This document shows positions 9,012-18,165 of a stretch of DNA of 64,000 bases, one piece after another; the first letter of the stretch is position 1, and the number at the start of each line of letters is the position of its first letter. A program made the translations under genes and the position numbers. The notes beneath the pieces are model-generated. The model saw nothing but the letters and a program-made list of their open reading frames with translations, was not told where the DNA came from and ran no database searches. The stretch is taken from positions 208,438-272,437 of the IMG/VR virus record IMGVR_UViG_3300042889_001503; one strand, 5' to 3'.

Positions 9012-9221
9012 ATGGGGTGGAAATCAACAATTGATATTAGTCGTGAAGAAGCAATTAAATTAATTCAGTCAAAGATGTCTGATGAGGTTTTTAAGTCTAT
9101 GTTAAATAGAGATATTGAGTATATGATGGAAGATATGGGGTTTGGAGACAATCCGGATTGGGAATATTTTGGTCATAACTTCTTTGTTGTGAATGAAGTA
9201 AAGGAATATGAAAATGACTAA
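9012..9221 (+). CDS. Hypothetical protein
   Basis: 69 aa ORF. Confidence 0.65.
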   Translation: MGWKSTIDISREEAIKLIQSKMSDEVFKSMLNRDIEYMMEDMGFGDNPDWEYFGHNFFVVNEVKEYEND

Positions 9222-9408
9222 GTTTAACTACGCAAAGATAGAGACTCCGGATGGTGAACTTGTAGGGTATATTGCTATGGAGATTGACACAGAGAATGAA
9301 GTGGCGGTGTTAGATTATGTTGCAGATAATGGATACGTTTTAATCAAATCCACAAAGGAAGAATATGATGGTGCCGATGATGAATACACCGAAATTGAGA
9401 TAAGATAA
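9208..9408 (+). CDS. Hypothetical protein
   Basis: 66 aa ORF followed by terminator. Confidence 0.6.
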   Translation: MKMTKFNYAKIETPDGELVGYIAMEIDTENEVAVLDYVADNGYVLIKSTKEEYDGADDEYTEIEIR

Positions 9409-9412
9409 TAAT

Positions 9413-9438
9413 AACCCCCACAATGATTGGGGGTTTTT
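9413..9438 (+). terminator. Intrinsic terminator
   Basis: AACCCCCA/TGGGGGTT plus T-run. Confidence 0.8.
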
Positions 9439-9460
9439 AATTTATATGATATTTATTGTT

Positions 9461-9655
9461 ATGAAGTTAATTATAACAGAGTCACAATATGAAACCATCA
9501 ACGAGATGATTAAACTTAACATTAAGGTAGGTGATACCATTATGGGTGGAAAATTTAAGAACAAGAAGGTTGTTGTGAAGACAATCGACAAGAATGAAAA
9601 GGGGGATATTACAATAAACGGTAAACCATTGTTACGTTTTAGAATCATAGAATAA
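9461..9655 (+). CDS. Small SH3/KOW-like protein, leader-bearing
   Basis: MKLIITESQYETINEM...IKVGDTIMGGKFKNK; TATTTAT at 9450-9456. Confidence 0.7.
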   Translation: MKLIITESQYETINEMIKLNIKVGDTIMGGKFKNKKVVVKTIDKNEKGDITINGKPLLRFRIIE

Positions 9656-9984
9656 TGAAGATATTGATTAAAGAAGATAAAAGAGATAGAATTGCCAAAC
9701 GGTTATTAACTGAGGAATTCTCCGGAATGTATGAAGATGTTAATTATATGACAGATTCACGGGGGGAACACAAAACAATCGAATACCGTAATGGTGAAGG
9801 AATCATAATGATTTACGGTAATACTGATAATATTTTATATATCTGTGAAGATGTCACTCGTCCACTTAATCTACTTAGTTACACACCAAAACAACTTAAA
9901 GATGTTATTGGTGAATGGTTCTCAGAGTTTTTTGAATTACCGGTTCAATATATTCATCACGTAAATAAATCAGTGTTAAACTAA
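9655..9984 (+). CDS. Leader-bearing hypothetical protein (working name WF family)
   Basis: MKILIKEDK; C-terminal IGEWFSEFFELPV. Confidence 0.75.
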   Translation: MKILIKEDKRDRIAKRLLTEEFSGMYEDVNYMTDSRGEHKTIEYRNGEGIIMIYGNTDNILYICEDVTRPLNLLSYTPKQLKDVIGEWFSEFFELPVQYIHHVNKSVLN

Positions 9985-9985
9985 T

Positions 9986-10579
9986 ATGAAAGAGTTAATT
10001 AAAAAAATATTACGAGAGGAAGTTCAGAAGAGATTTACAAAATCTAATCAAAGTTTTGAGCGTCTTATTATTAAACAGATGGAGTCTTTAATATCCGAAA
10101 CAAATAGAGTTGTTGTCCCACCTGAAGAGAATTATGGAAACTTTAATGAGGAGTGGTGTAAAGGTGATAAAATTATTATGCAGGCAAGATACTTTTTCAG
10201 TAGTGAAGATAGTGATGAAGAAAAGTTTTTTGGTGGTGATTTATATGTTAATAAAGAAGAAATTGATTTTTTATCTCAAATGTTACAGGTTAGAAAACCC
10301 TATTTACTTAATGTAATTACCGAATGGTATGATGAGAAATACGCTACCAAGTTTGGTCAAGAAACCGGACACCCGGAATTGGAGATTGATGAGACTCACG
10401 AAACGGATAGTGACCATAAATGTTATAAAATGATTAATACTTCAAACCTAAGTAGAGAATATATGATTGATTATATTGATACAAATACATTATATAAACT
10501 TAGTGAATTGGAAAAACTACCTGATGATGAGTTAGAAAGAAAATACCGAAGTGTTTATAATATCCAATTAAATAAGTAA
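9986..10579 (+). CDS. Leader-bearing hypothetical protein (WF family)
   Basis: MKELIKKILREE; ITEWYDEKY. Confidence 0.75.
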   Translation: MKELIKKILREEVQKRFTKSNQSFERLIIKQMESLISETNRVVVPPEENYGNFNEEWCKGDKIIMQARYFFSSEDSDEEKFFGGDLYVNKEEIDFLSQMLQVRKPYLLNVITEWYDEKYATKFGQETGHPELEIDETHETDSDHKCYKMINTSNLSREYMIDYIDTNTLYKLSELEKLPDDELERKYRSVYNIQLNK

Positions 10580-10959
10580 TGAAAGTATTAATAACTGAGA
10601 GCAGATTAGAAAGTTTAATCATTGATTACTTAAATGATTCGTATTACCCTGATTATGGGTGGGCAAATCCTGATGTTTATCAAAAAGATGTTAAACAATA
10701 TGGTGATGTTCTTTTCTTTGTTGATGACCGAGAATCTTATATTTATTATGGTTGTAATGCAAACGCCGGTCCGGAAGATGAGTTCTTTGCGGGTTATGGT
10801 CATCTACATAATTATAAATGTCCTTTACTGTCAATATACCCCCTTATAACTCAAAGATTGGATTCTACTTTTGGTGACATATGGAAACCAATATTCAAGA
10901 AATGGTTTGAAGATAATACAGGGTTAGAGGTTACTCAATTAACAACAAATTTCATATAA
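10579..10959 (+). CDS. Leader-bearing hypothetical protein (WF family)
   Basis: MKVLITESR; FKKWFEDNTGLEV. Confidence 0.75.
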   Translation: MKVLITESRLESLIIDYLNDSYYPDYGWANPDVYQKDVKQYGDVLFFVDDRESYIYYGCNANAGPEDEFFAGYGHLHNYKCPLLSIYPLITQRLDSTFGDIWKPIFKKWFEDNTGLEVTQLTTNFI

Positions 10960-11258
10960 TGAAAGTATTAATAAAGGAAAGTAAGTATAATAATTTAATT
11001 GAGAACTATATCCTCAATGGTTATCCTGTAGTTAAAAACGTGACATTTACAACAAAGGATGTTTACTTGGCTAGTGGTAATAAAAGTGAGAGAAGAACAA
11101 TTCAAAGAAACATCATTAATGTTGGGTTTAGAGGAGGTGAGATGCAGAATAGTCCAACACGAACATTAAGAGAAATTAGAGCTGATATTAATCGTATGTT
11201 TGGTTTGGATATTGATATGTCAGGTTCACATTGGGGTATTGAGTATAAAATGTTGTAA
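10959..11258 (+). CDS. Leader-bearing hypothetical protein
   Basis: MKVLIKESK. Confidence 0.7.
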   Translation: MKVLIKESKYNNLIENYILNGYPVVKNVTFTTKDVYLASGNKSERRTIQRNIINVGFRGGEMQNSPTRTLREIRADINRMFGLDIDMSGSHWGIEYKML

Positions 11259-11260
11259 GT

Positions 11261-11590
11261 ATGAGAATAGTAATCACAGAAAATAAAAGAGATATGTTAT
11301 TTAGAGAGGAGTTTAAAAACCTGTTTAATAAATTAACTCCAACAAGAGCCGGACATACCGAGAACATTATCTACATATACTTTGATGAGGTATATGATGA
11401 TAATGCGGTTACAGGGTTGGTATATAGACCAAGTAATCGTCAATTAATTATATATCCGGATTACTTTATTAGTTTAAGAATGTTTGTTTCATCTGAAGAA
11501 GAACTAAAGGAAATGATAGGAATATGTTATGAGGAATTAACTGATAAAATAGTTAGATATTCTTGGATTTGGATAGATAATGAGTTATGA
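11261..11590 (+). CDS. Leader-bearing hypothetical protein (WF-like)
   Basis: MRIVITENK. Confidence 0.7.
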   Translation: MRIVITENKRDMLFREEFKNLFNKLTPTRAGHTENIIYIYFDEVYDDNAVTGLVYRPSNRQLIIYPDYFISLRMFVSSEEELKEMIGICYEELTDKIVRYSWIWIDNEL

Positions 11591-11916
11591 AAATATTAAT
11601 CACAGAAAATAAAAGATACCAATTAGCCTACAAGATATTAGACGATATTTTGAATGGATTGACTCGTGAGGACATTGATTTAAATAAGGATTCCGTATTT
11701 AGTAACCAACAAATAATATTCAGAGATAACAGCGATGACATTTTTATGTGGTGGTCCGAAAAATACGATTTATTGGAAGTTAATAAAGTTATGTGGGAAC
11801 CACTAAGATTGTTCTCATTCAGTGGAGAAGAACTTGAAAGAGTTATTCATTGGTGGGTTAAAAATAGATTAAGAATAGAACCGGAGGAGATTAATTTAAT
11901 TGGTGACTATTATTAA
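11587..11916 (+). CDS. Leader-bearing hypothetical protein (WF family)
   Basis: MKILITENK; IHWWVKNRLRI. Confidence 0.7.
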   Translation: MKILITENKRYQLAYKILDDILNGLTREDIDLNKDSVFSNQQIIFRDNSDDIFMWWSEKYDLLEVNKVMWEPLRLFSFSGEELERVIHWWVKNRLRIEPEEINLIGDYY

Positions 11917-11967
11917 ATGTCTTTTATTCTGAACAAAAACAATAATAATGTCCGTAATAACGGACAT

Positions 11968-12025
11968 TTACATTTATTCCTACGTAAAAGTGTTGCCAAT
12001 TACATTTATTCCTACGTAAAAGTGT
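11968..12025. repeat. 26-bp direct repeat, two copies (period 32)
   Basis: TTACATTTATTCCTACGTAAAAGTGT at 11968-11993 and 12000-12025; preceded by an AATGTCCGT/ACGGACATT hairpin. Confidence 0.9.
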
Positions 12026-12088
12026 AATCAACAAATATATTTCATTTGTATAACTCCACACAATGTGTAGTGGAACGCAAACAGAATA

Positions 12089-12367
12089 TTACTTCATATT
12101 CTTTAACACAGCCTCCAACATAGAGATAGATTCCTTATCTTTTTTTGATTTCACTGACTTAGAATTAAGATACTCCAACGACTCAACCATCTCCTGTTTT
12201 TTATCCATAGGTTTGAAAGGGGAGTTTGGAACATTAATAGACTGTTTAACAACTTGTGGTTGATAAACGGGAGGAGTCACGTTAGGGTATAACGTATTAT
12301 ATACCTTGATGGCATTATCGGACCCCTTAGTGGTTAGACGAATGATTAAGTATTTAAGTAGTTTCAT
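12089..12367 (-). CDS. Hypothetical protein
   Basis: 92 aa; TATCTTTG on minus strand at 12372-12379. Confidence 0.65.
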   Translation of the reverse strand: MKLLKYLIIRLTTKGSDNAIKVYNTLYPNVTPPVYQPQVVKQSINVPNSPFKPMDKKQEMVESLEYLNSKSVKSKKDKESISMLEAVLKNMK

Positions 12368-12415
12368 ATTTCAAAGATACAACATATTTTTTGTTCTCAC
12401 AAGATATTTATCACT

Positions 12416-12823
12416 ATGGACATACAGGAAAACGTATATAGAATTAAACAAATAATGACTGAAGGTAAGGACGCTTATGTCTCAAGAGCTCGTTCTGACC
12501 AAGAGTATGAGGAAGAATATCCAAAATGGAAAAAAACTATAATTAAACTTTTAGAGATGGAAATAGATTCAAAGGCAGAAATTAACAATGGTAAAATAAT
12601 AGTTTTGCTTAATGGGAAAAACCTTGACAAAAATCTAATTAAATATGATAAAATAAATGAAAGATTATGGTATGATTATTCCTTACAAGAAAATTTGGAA
12701 GGTTATATACCATACGGTTATTTATCAAGACATTTTAAATACGGACTTCAGGACTTCTTCAAAAAACATTTCCCGGACTATGGTGTTAGAGAACTAACGG
12801 CTGCGAGTTTAGTAAGTTACTAA
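12416..12823 (+). CDS. Leader-bearing hypothetical protein (WF family)
   Basis: MDIQENVYRIKQIMTEG; TATTTAT at 12405-12411. Confidence 0.75.
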   Translation: MDIQENVYRIKQIMTEGKDAYVSRARSDQEYEEEYPKWKKTIIKLLEMEIDSKAEINNGKIIVLLNGKNLDKNLIKYDKINERLWYDYSLQENLEGYIPYGYLSRHFKYGLQDFFKKHFPDYGVRELTAASLVSY

Positions 12824-12828
12824 TGAAA

Positions 12829-13230
12829 TTATTCCAATAAATGTTTAACATCGTTATAACTTTTATTGTTATCCATACAAAAATCATATAGTTTTATAAC
12901 ACTATCAATCTCGGGGTGTTTATTTTTAATCCATTCCATCATAACAATATTAAATTTGTCAGAAGGTAAAGATAACATAGGTGCAAGTAGGTTTGAGAAT
13001 CCGTAAATACCTTTGACAGTATAACCATCATTTATATATGTTACATTCTGACCGGTCCCAAATATTTTTTTCTTACGTCGTTTAATTCCGATAATTGATT
13101 GTTTCCCATAAGAAAATAAAAAATAACCATTCATACTGACAACCAATACTTCTTCCAACGAGGTTATCTCGTTAATTTTAGGATAGAATACACTAATGTA
13201 TTTGTCTATTATTTTAAGTTGGTCCAACAT
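12829..13230 (-). CDS. Hypothetical protein (WF-like C-terminus)
   Basis: 133 aa; MMEWIKNKHP. Confidence 0.65.
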   Translation of the reverse strand: MLDQLKIIDKYISVFYPKINEITSLEEVLVVSMNGYFLFSYGKQSIIGIKRRKKKIFGTGQNVTYINDGYTVKGIYGFSNLLAPMLSLPSDKFNIVMMEWIKNKHPEIDSVIKLYDFCMDNNKSYNDVKHLLE

Positions 13231-13508
13231 TACACTTTGAAGATAAATTCTTTAGACATATTCTTTTTACACTCAGTTCCGATTGGGAACATACCTTGAC
13301 TATTAGAAACATCTTCACAGTCAACAGCAAGCCAATCAGTAGTCATATGAACCATAAACTTTACTTGTTCCGGTTTCATAGGTTTGTTACAACAAACACA
13401 TCTCTCGGTGTGTCCATCCTTTTGTAATCTTTCGTTTTTATCGAAGTTAGGGCTGATGTATAGTTCGGTAGTGTTCATAATAATATCATTTAGATTACAA
13501 AGATACAA
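13230..13508 (-). CDS. Hypothetical Cys-containing protein
   Basis: RCVCCNKPM...FPIGTEC; real start probably the downstream MNTTEL, since TATCTTTG lies at 13498-13505 on minus strand. Confidence 0.65.
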   Translation of the reverse strand: MYLCNLNDIIMNTTELYISPNFDKNERLQKDGHTERCVCCNKPMKPEQVKFMVHMTTDWLAVDCEDVSNSQGMFPIGTECKKNMSKEFIFKV

Positions 13509-13520
13509 TTATATTTTTAT

Positions 13521-13549
13521 TTGACAAAATAACTTTCAATGATTATTAT
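13521..13549 (+). promoter_or_regulatory. Housekeeping-sigma-like promoter
   Basis: TTGACA-N17-TATTAT upstream of the Pth2 gene. Confidence 0.55.
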
Positions 13550-13555
13550 TGTTGT

Positions 13556-13804
13556 ATGAGAATTAAAGCGATATATAAGAAAAACTTAAAGATGAGTGAG
13601 GGTAAAGTGGCGGCACAGATTGCTCACGCAGTTAAGAATTTGGGAATAACACCGGTTGATAGTGATATCATAGTATTAAAGGTGTCAGATAAGAAGTTTG
13701 ATGAGTTAACATCACAGAATGATTGTTACATTCAAACAGATAAAGGTATGACCGAGGTGGAGTCGGGAACACAAACCGCGGCGGCGTGGATAGAAATACA
13801 ATAA
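13556..13804 (+). CDS. pth2: Peptidyl-tRNA hydrolase, Pth2 family (compact)
   Basis: NLKMSEGKVAAQIAHA and TDKGMTEVESGTQT motifs. Confidence 0.75.
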   Translation: MRIKAIYKKNLKMSEGKVAAQIAHAVKNLGITPVDSDIIVLKVSDKKFDELTSQNDCYIQTDKGMTEVESGTQTAAAWIEIQ

Positions 13805-14085
13805 TGATATTACCTGCTGACTACACAAAATTAACCCAACCACAAAGGAGGGAAGTTAGACTACAATATATCAAGGAACAGAATAATCTTTGTATGTATT
13901 GTGGTGAAACATTATATGAAGGCGCACCCGAAAGAATAACAAAAAAACCAATTACTTGGGGTTTATTTCCTCCGGGATTTTTAGACCACCCAATCCATCT
14001 TCAACATTGTCATAAGACTAATATGACTGAAGGTGCCGTCCATAGTTATTGTAATGCCGTTCTATGGCAATACGAGGGGAGATAA
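13804..14085 (+). CDS. Endonuclease VII-like His-Me finger protein
   Basis: CMYC...HLQHCH...GAVHSYCN; track start 13786. Confidence 0.6.
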   Translation: MILPADYTKLTQPQRREVRLQYIKEQNNLCMYCGETLYEGAPERITKKPITWGLFPPGFLDHPIHLQHCHKTNMTEGAVHSYCNAVLWQYEGR

Positions 14086-14094
14086 AATTAAACG

Positions 14095-14120
14095 AGGGAA
14101 AGTAATTTTTCCCTTTTTTT
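14095..14120 (+). terminator. Intrinsic terminator
   Basis: AGGGAAA/TTTCCCT plus T-run. Confidence 0.7.
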
Positions 14121-14133
14121 TATATTTATAGTT

Positions 14134-14904
14134 ATGAACTTACACGAAGATATACAAAGAATAAGACAAATGATGATTTCTGAGGAGATGGTCCAATCAG
14201 ATGCGTGGAAATCAATCAAAAAAACATTAGACATTCTTAAAAAGAAAAAGAAAGTTTTAATCTTAAGTTGTTCCAATAGATATAATTGGGATGAAAAAAA
14301 CCTTGACATACCAAAATCAAAGATGATTGCAATGTATCTTAACGATGAGTTAAAAGACTCAGTGTTAATTGATGTTTCCGAACTTAACATTGTTCCTTGT
14401 GAGGGGAATGTATCAAGAAAAGACGGGAACAGTTGTGGATTACTTAAATCTATGCTCAAAGATAAGAAAAAGAATCCATCCGGAGACCATAGATGTTGGG
14501 CAAGTTATAACAATCCAAAGGATGAGTTATGGAAGATATCCAAAGAGTTATTTGAGTCAGATGCTGTTGTATTCTTTAGTTCAATTAGATGGGGACAAAC
14601 CAATATGTTCTATCAGAATTTAATTGAGCGATTGACTTGGATTGAGAACAGACACGCAACATTGGGGGAATCAAATCTTGTTAAAGATATTGAGACAGGA
14701 TTCATTTGTGTTGGACAGAATTGGAATGGTGAGAACGTAACTGAAACACAGAAAGAAGTTCATAAGTTTTATGGATTCAAACCAAACAATGACTTGTATT
14801 GGAATTGGCAATATACCAAAGATGTGAATGATGAAACTCAAAAATCATATAAGGATTCACACAAGAAGTTTATTAAAGATACAAAATTACCTGAAGATAA
14901 ATAA
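14134..14904 (+). CDS. Flavodoxin-fold NAD(P)H-dependent FMN reductase-like protein, leader-bearing
   Basis: MNLHEDIQRIRQMMISEE leader; ILSCSNR, IVPCEGNVS, SDAVVFFSSIRWG, LIERL; TATTTATA at 14123-14130. Confidence 0.7.
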   Translation: MNLHEDIQRIRQMMISEEMVQSDAWKSIKKTLDILKKKKKVLILSCSNRYNWDEKNLDIPKSKMIAMYLNDELKDSVLIDVSELNIVPCEGNVSRKDGNSCGLLKSMLKDKKKNPSGDHRCWASYNNPKDELWKISKELFESDAVVFFSSIRWGQTNMFYQNLIERLTWIENRHATLGESNLVKDIETGFICVGQNWNGENVTETQKEVHKFYGFKPNNDLYWNWQYTKDVNDETQKSYKDSHKKFIKDTKLPEDK

Positions 14905-15629
14905 TGAACTTACGACATGACATAAAAAGAATATTAAGGGAAGAAACAAATAAAGATTTAACTTCGGTAATAGAAATGTTATTAGAGGGATTTGTTAATG
15001 ACCACAAAGACATTCTTTGTAAGGTTGAGGTTAAGCACCCGGACAAGAGAACCAAACTACCACATTCGGATAATGTTTATGAGAATTACAGAGCAACATT
15101 TTATTTAATTGCTCATAAAGGTGGGTATTCAACAACAAGAGCTCAATTGATGGATAACGTAATGAATGAGGTGTGGGATTTGGTATATAATTATACCGGA
15201 CAGAAATTAGATATGTTTACCAAACACGTAAAGAGTTGTGACGATATTATAAAAGAGAGTAAAGATAATAGTATTTCTGATATGATAAAAACTTTGGGGG
15301 TTTCTGATGCCATTAAGTATTTTGGGAATTACTACACAATTGAGCCATACTTAAAAGTGGTTGATAAAGTTAATTTTATTAAAGAAAAAGTTAGAGAATT
15401 AAGTGATGATGGTAGTGGTGTTGGTTTACACGAGATAAATGAAGAGCCACTTCATTATAGTGATGAAGATGGGGAGGAACATCAAATAGAATGGTTAGGA
15501 CTAACAAGTGTAGACATTAGTGTATATGAAGATGAGTATAGTGGTCATTTAAGGGACTATTATTCTAAGTATGAAAGTTTACCTGTGCAAATAATTGAGG
15601 AATTGGTTGAGATATTATTAAACCACTAA
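14904..15629 (+). CDS. Leader-bearing hypothetical protein (triplicated family)
   Basis: MNLRHDIKRILREE; LGVSDAIKYFG, HQIEW, YESLP shared with next two ORFs. Confidence 0.75.
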   Translation: MNLRHDIKRILREETNKDLTSVIEMLLEGFVNDHKDILCKVEVKHPDKRTKLPHSDNVYENYRATFYLIAHKGGYSTTRAQLMDNVMNEVWDLVYNYTGQKLDMFTKHVKSCDDIIKESKDNSISDMIKTLGVSDAIKYFGNYYTIEPYLKVVDKVNFIKEKVRELSDDGSGVGLHEINEEPLHYSDEDGEEHQIEWLGLTSVDISVYEDEYSGHLRDYYSKYESLPVQIIEELVEILLNH

Positions 15630-15632
15630 GAT

Positions 15633-16178
15633 ATGAATTTAAACGAGAACATACATAGAATCCATCAGATGATGGGTGTAGTGAGTGAAGATGTGAGTCC
15701 AAACACTGTTAAAACAATAATTGATATATTAGGTATTAGAGATGCTATTAATTATTATGGGGGTTATGAGAACCTTAAAAAATATCTAAATTTGGTTTAT
15801 GATAGGAAGAGTGGTAAATGGGTGCACGCGAGTACATTACAGACCAATCCTGTTGATTTAAATACTATTACATCAAGAGAAGATAAGATTGAGTTTATTA
15901 AGGATACAATTTTTACTCAATACTACGGATTGTTTACTTATGGAGATGAAGGTTGGGACGAGAGTGATTATTCTGTGTTAGAGAGTACTGAAACTTATGA
16001 AAAGGTAGCATTTACATACTATACTGATGAATTAAATGTAACAACATTTTATAGAAATGAGAATGGTGAGTTTTCATCTCAAACCGAAAATGATGACCAT
16101 AGTGAAACAATTAAATATGAGGATTTACCGGATGATATGATTAATAACGCATTTGAGTTTATAGCTAAAAAAATTTAA
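15633..16178 (+). CDS. Leader-bearing hypothetical protein (triplicated family)
   Basis: MNLNENIHRIHQMMG; LGIRDAINYYGGY, YEDLP. Confidence 0.75.
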   Translation: MNLNENIHRIHQMMGVVSEDVSPNTVKTIIDILGIRDAINYYGGYENLKKYLNLVYDRKSGKWVHASTLQTNPVDLNTITSREDKIEFIKDTIFTQYYGLFTYGDEGWDESDYSVLESTETYEKVAFTYYTDELNVTTFYRNENGEFSSQTENDDHSETIKYEDLPDDMINNAFEFIAKKI

Positions 16179-16180
16179 TT

Positions 16181-16639
16181 ATGAATTTAAACGAGAACAT
16201 ACATAGAATCCATCAGATGATGGGGATTATCAATGAGAATAAAGTGGTTGATGTTGTTCAAGAAATGGGGTTATACCAAGCCACTCGTTATTTTGGGGGT
16301 TATGACAAAGTTACAAAATTAATGGGGGATTATGTGTTCTCAAATGAAGAAATGATTGATTTTATTAGAGAGGCTATAAAACATTTAGCTTACAAACATA
16401 ATTCAACCGGGATATCTACGTATGAATTAAATATGAATTCTATTCCATATGGTTCTCCTGATGAGGAGTTACATCAAATTGAGTATTTCAACCCGGAGTA
16501 TGTTACCATAGATGTTTATGGTGGTGAAGAGTATGAAAGACACAGAAGTAGTTATACTGAACGATATGAGGATTTGGATGATAATACATTAGATGAGGTT
16601 TTCCTGTTTATGGTTGACGCAGTAGAACACTACAAATAG
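16181..16639 (+). CDS. Leader-bearing hypothetical protein (triplicated family)
   Basis: First 44 nt identical to ORF 15633; MGLYQATRYFGGY, HQIEY, YEDL. Confidence 0.75.
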   Translation: MNLNENIHRIHQMMGIINENKVVDVVQEMGLYQATRYFGGYDKVTKLMGDYVFSNEEMIDFIREAIKHLAYKHNSTGISTYELNMNSIPYGSPDEELHQIEYFNPEYVTIDVYGGEEYERHRSSYTERYEDLDDNTLDEVFLFMVDAVEHYK

Positions 16640-16641
16640 AT

Positions 16642-17055
16642 ATGAGTTTACAAGATACCATAAGAAGAATATTAAGAGAGGAATCCTATTCTCCGGCGAG
16701 TGATGAATATACTCCGGGGGAATATATTGTTCATAAATCAAATCCTATATGGAGAGACAACATAGAACTTACCGGATTACAAACATCGGTGGGGGAATGT
16801 TATCAATCACACGTCGGTGACGATGAAGAATGTAAACCATCCATATTTGCAACAGATTCATTAGATGAAAAAGATATGTTTGATTCCACATATGACGATG
16901 ACATTTGGATTATCAATACGGAATGTGCCGGGGTTACTTGGTATAAAGACAAACATTTTGATGGTGGATATTACAAACATCATATAGTTACATTCGAGAA
17001 CATATCACCGGACTGTCTTAGATTATTATATAAAGGAACGGGGAAAAGTTATTAA
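16642..17055 (+). CDS. Putative ADP-ribosyltransferase-fold protein, leader-bearing
   Basis: MSLQDTIRRILREE; VHKS...NIELTGL...IFAT...IWII...ENISPDCL pattern. Confidence 0.45.
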   Translation: MSLQDTIRRILREESYSPASDEYTPGEYIVHKSNPIWRDNIELTGLQTSVGECYQSHVGDDEECKPSIFATDSLDEKDMFDSTYDDDIWIINTECAGVTWYKDKHFDGGYYKHHIVTFENISPDCLRLLYKGTGKSY

Positions 17056-17116
17056 TGTATATTATAATATACAAAACACAATAAAAACGGGGATAATGTA
17101 TATTATAGTATACATT
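17056..17116. repeat. Pair of palindromic operator-like sites
   Basis: TGTATATTATAATATACA (perfect, 17056-17073) and AATGTATA-N6-TATACATT (17095-17116). Confidence 0.7.
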
Positions 17117-17123
17117 TAACACT

Positions 17124-17381
17124 ATGGAGGCAGTATTAAAAATAGTAGATAAGTTAATAGATAAATTCATATTACCTATGGATGATGATATTATGGAATA
17201 TCACATAACATCATATGATGATACAATAGAGATTACATTTTGGATGGCAGGAACCGAATCGGAAGTTGAGGAGGAGATTGTGGAAGAATGTTGGACCGTT
17301 TTAAGTACACTTGGTTCAATACCCTACAGATTTTTATTTAGATTCACTACAGAGGGGGACAATTTCTACGAATACTCATAA
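17124..17381 (+). CDS. Acidic hypothetical protein
   Basis: 85 aa ORF. Confidence 0.65.
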   Translation: MEAVLKIVDKLIDKFILPMDDDIMEYHITSYDDTIEITFWMAGTESEVEEEIVEECWTVLSTLGSIPYRFLFRFTTEGDNFYEYS

Positions 17382-17433
17382 TATAAGTCCTAAACCTTAT
17401 AAACCACTAATATAAGTCCTAAACCTTATAAAC
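17379..17433. repeat. 26-bp direct repeat, two copies (period 29)
   Basis: TAATATAAGTCCTAAACCTTATAAAC at 17379-17404 and 17408-17433. Confidence 0.9.
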
Positions 17434-17439
17434 GTGGGA

Positions 17440-17793
17440 TTAATCAATATGATATTTAGTGATATGATATCTACCACATTTATTACAATGCCAAGTAGTA
17501 TATACAACCTTTTCAACGTGTAGATTATATCTTTCCATAAACCAAGGGATAAAGATATCGTTTATATCATAACCACTTGTAACACCAAACATAGATACTA
17601 ATTGATTTGATATCTCCTCAGATAATTCAACTATTCCATTATCACGATTAAATGTGAAAGACATATCGTCACCACTATCTTTATAGATAATAAATCTATG
17701 ACCAACGGAATACTTCCTTAAGTTACCATAGTCCATATCCAACCATTTGGTAACGACATTTTTTCTCTTGTTCTCTGTGATTATTACTTTCAT
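17440..17793 (-). CDS. Leader-bearing hypothetical protein (WF family)
   Basis: MKVIITENK; FIPWFMERYNLHV; C-terminal CNKC. Confidence 0.75.
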   Translation of the reverse strand: MKVIITENKRKNVVTKWLDMDYGNLRKYSVGHRFIIYKDSGDDMSFTFNRDNGIVELSEEISNQLVSMFGVTSGYDINDIFIPWFMERYNLHVEKVVYTTWHCNKCGRYHITKYHID

Positions 17794-18095
17794 ATTTGTT
17801 CTACTCTATGACATTTCTTGGCTCTAAACCCAAACTTTTTATTACCCCAATCCAATAACAACTCACTAACTTCATCGTTATCAAATCCGAACATACTACG
17901 GATAAAATCCCATATTTCATTTAAAACATAGAATCCTTTTACTCTACTGTTGTAAAGCATTTTGAACATTCCCTTATCGGATATGAATACTCCTTCGTGT
18001 GAGGGGAATATCATCTTTTTTAAGTCGGGATATTCCTCTTCTAACCAATTAATGGCGAGACGGATTCGTTTGTTCTCTGTGATTATAATCTTCAT
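17790..18095 (-). CDS. Leader-bearing hypothetical protein (WF family)
   Basis: MKIIITENK; LLDWGNKKFGF; TATTTAT on minus strand at 18101-18107. Confidence 0.75.
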   Translation of the reverse strand: MKIIITENKRIRLAINWLEEEYPDLKKMIFPSHEGVFISDKGMFKMLYNSRVKGFYVLNEIWDFIRSMFGFDNDEVSELLLDWGNKKFGFRAKKCHRVEQI

Positions 18096-18165
18096 ATCAA
18101 ATAAATATCTAACAAAGATAAAACATTTTATTGATTATCCGGGGGGAATTATATATAATTAGAGT

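Noticed and set aside
11968-17433. Mini-CRISPR arrays from the 26-bp duplications
   Set aside because: Only two copies each, with 3-6 nt spacers.
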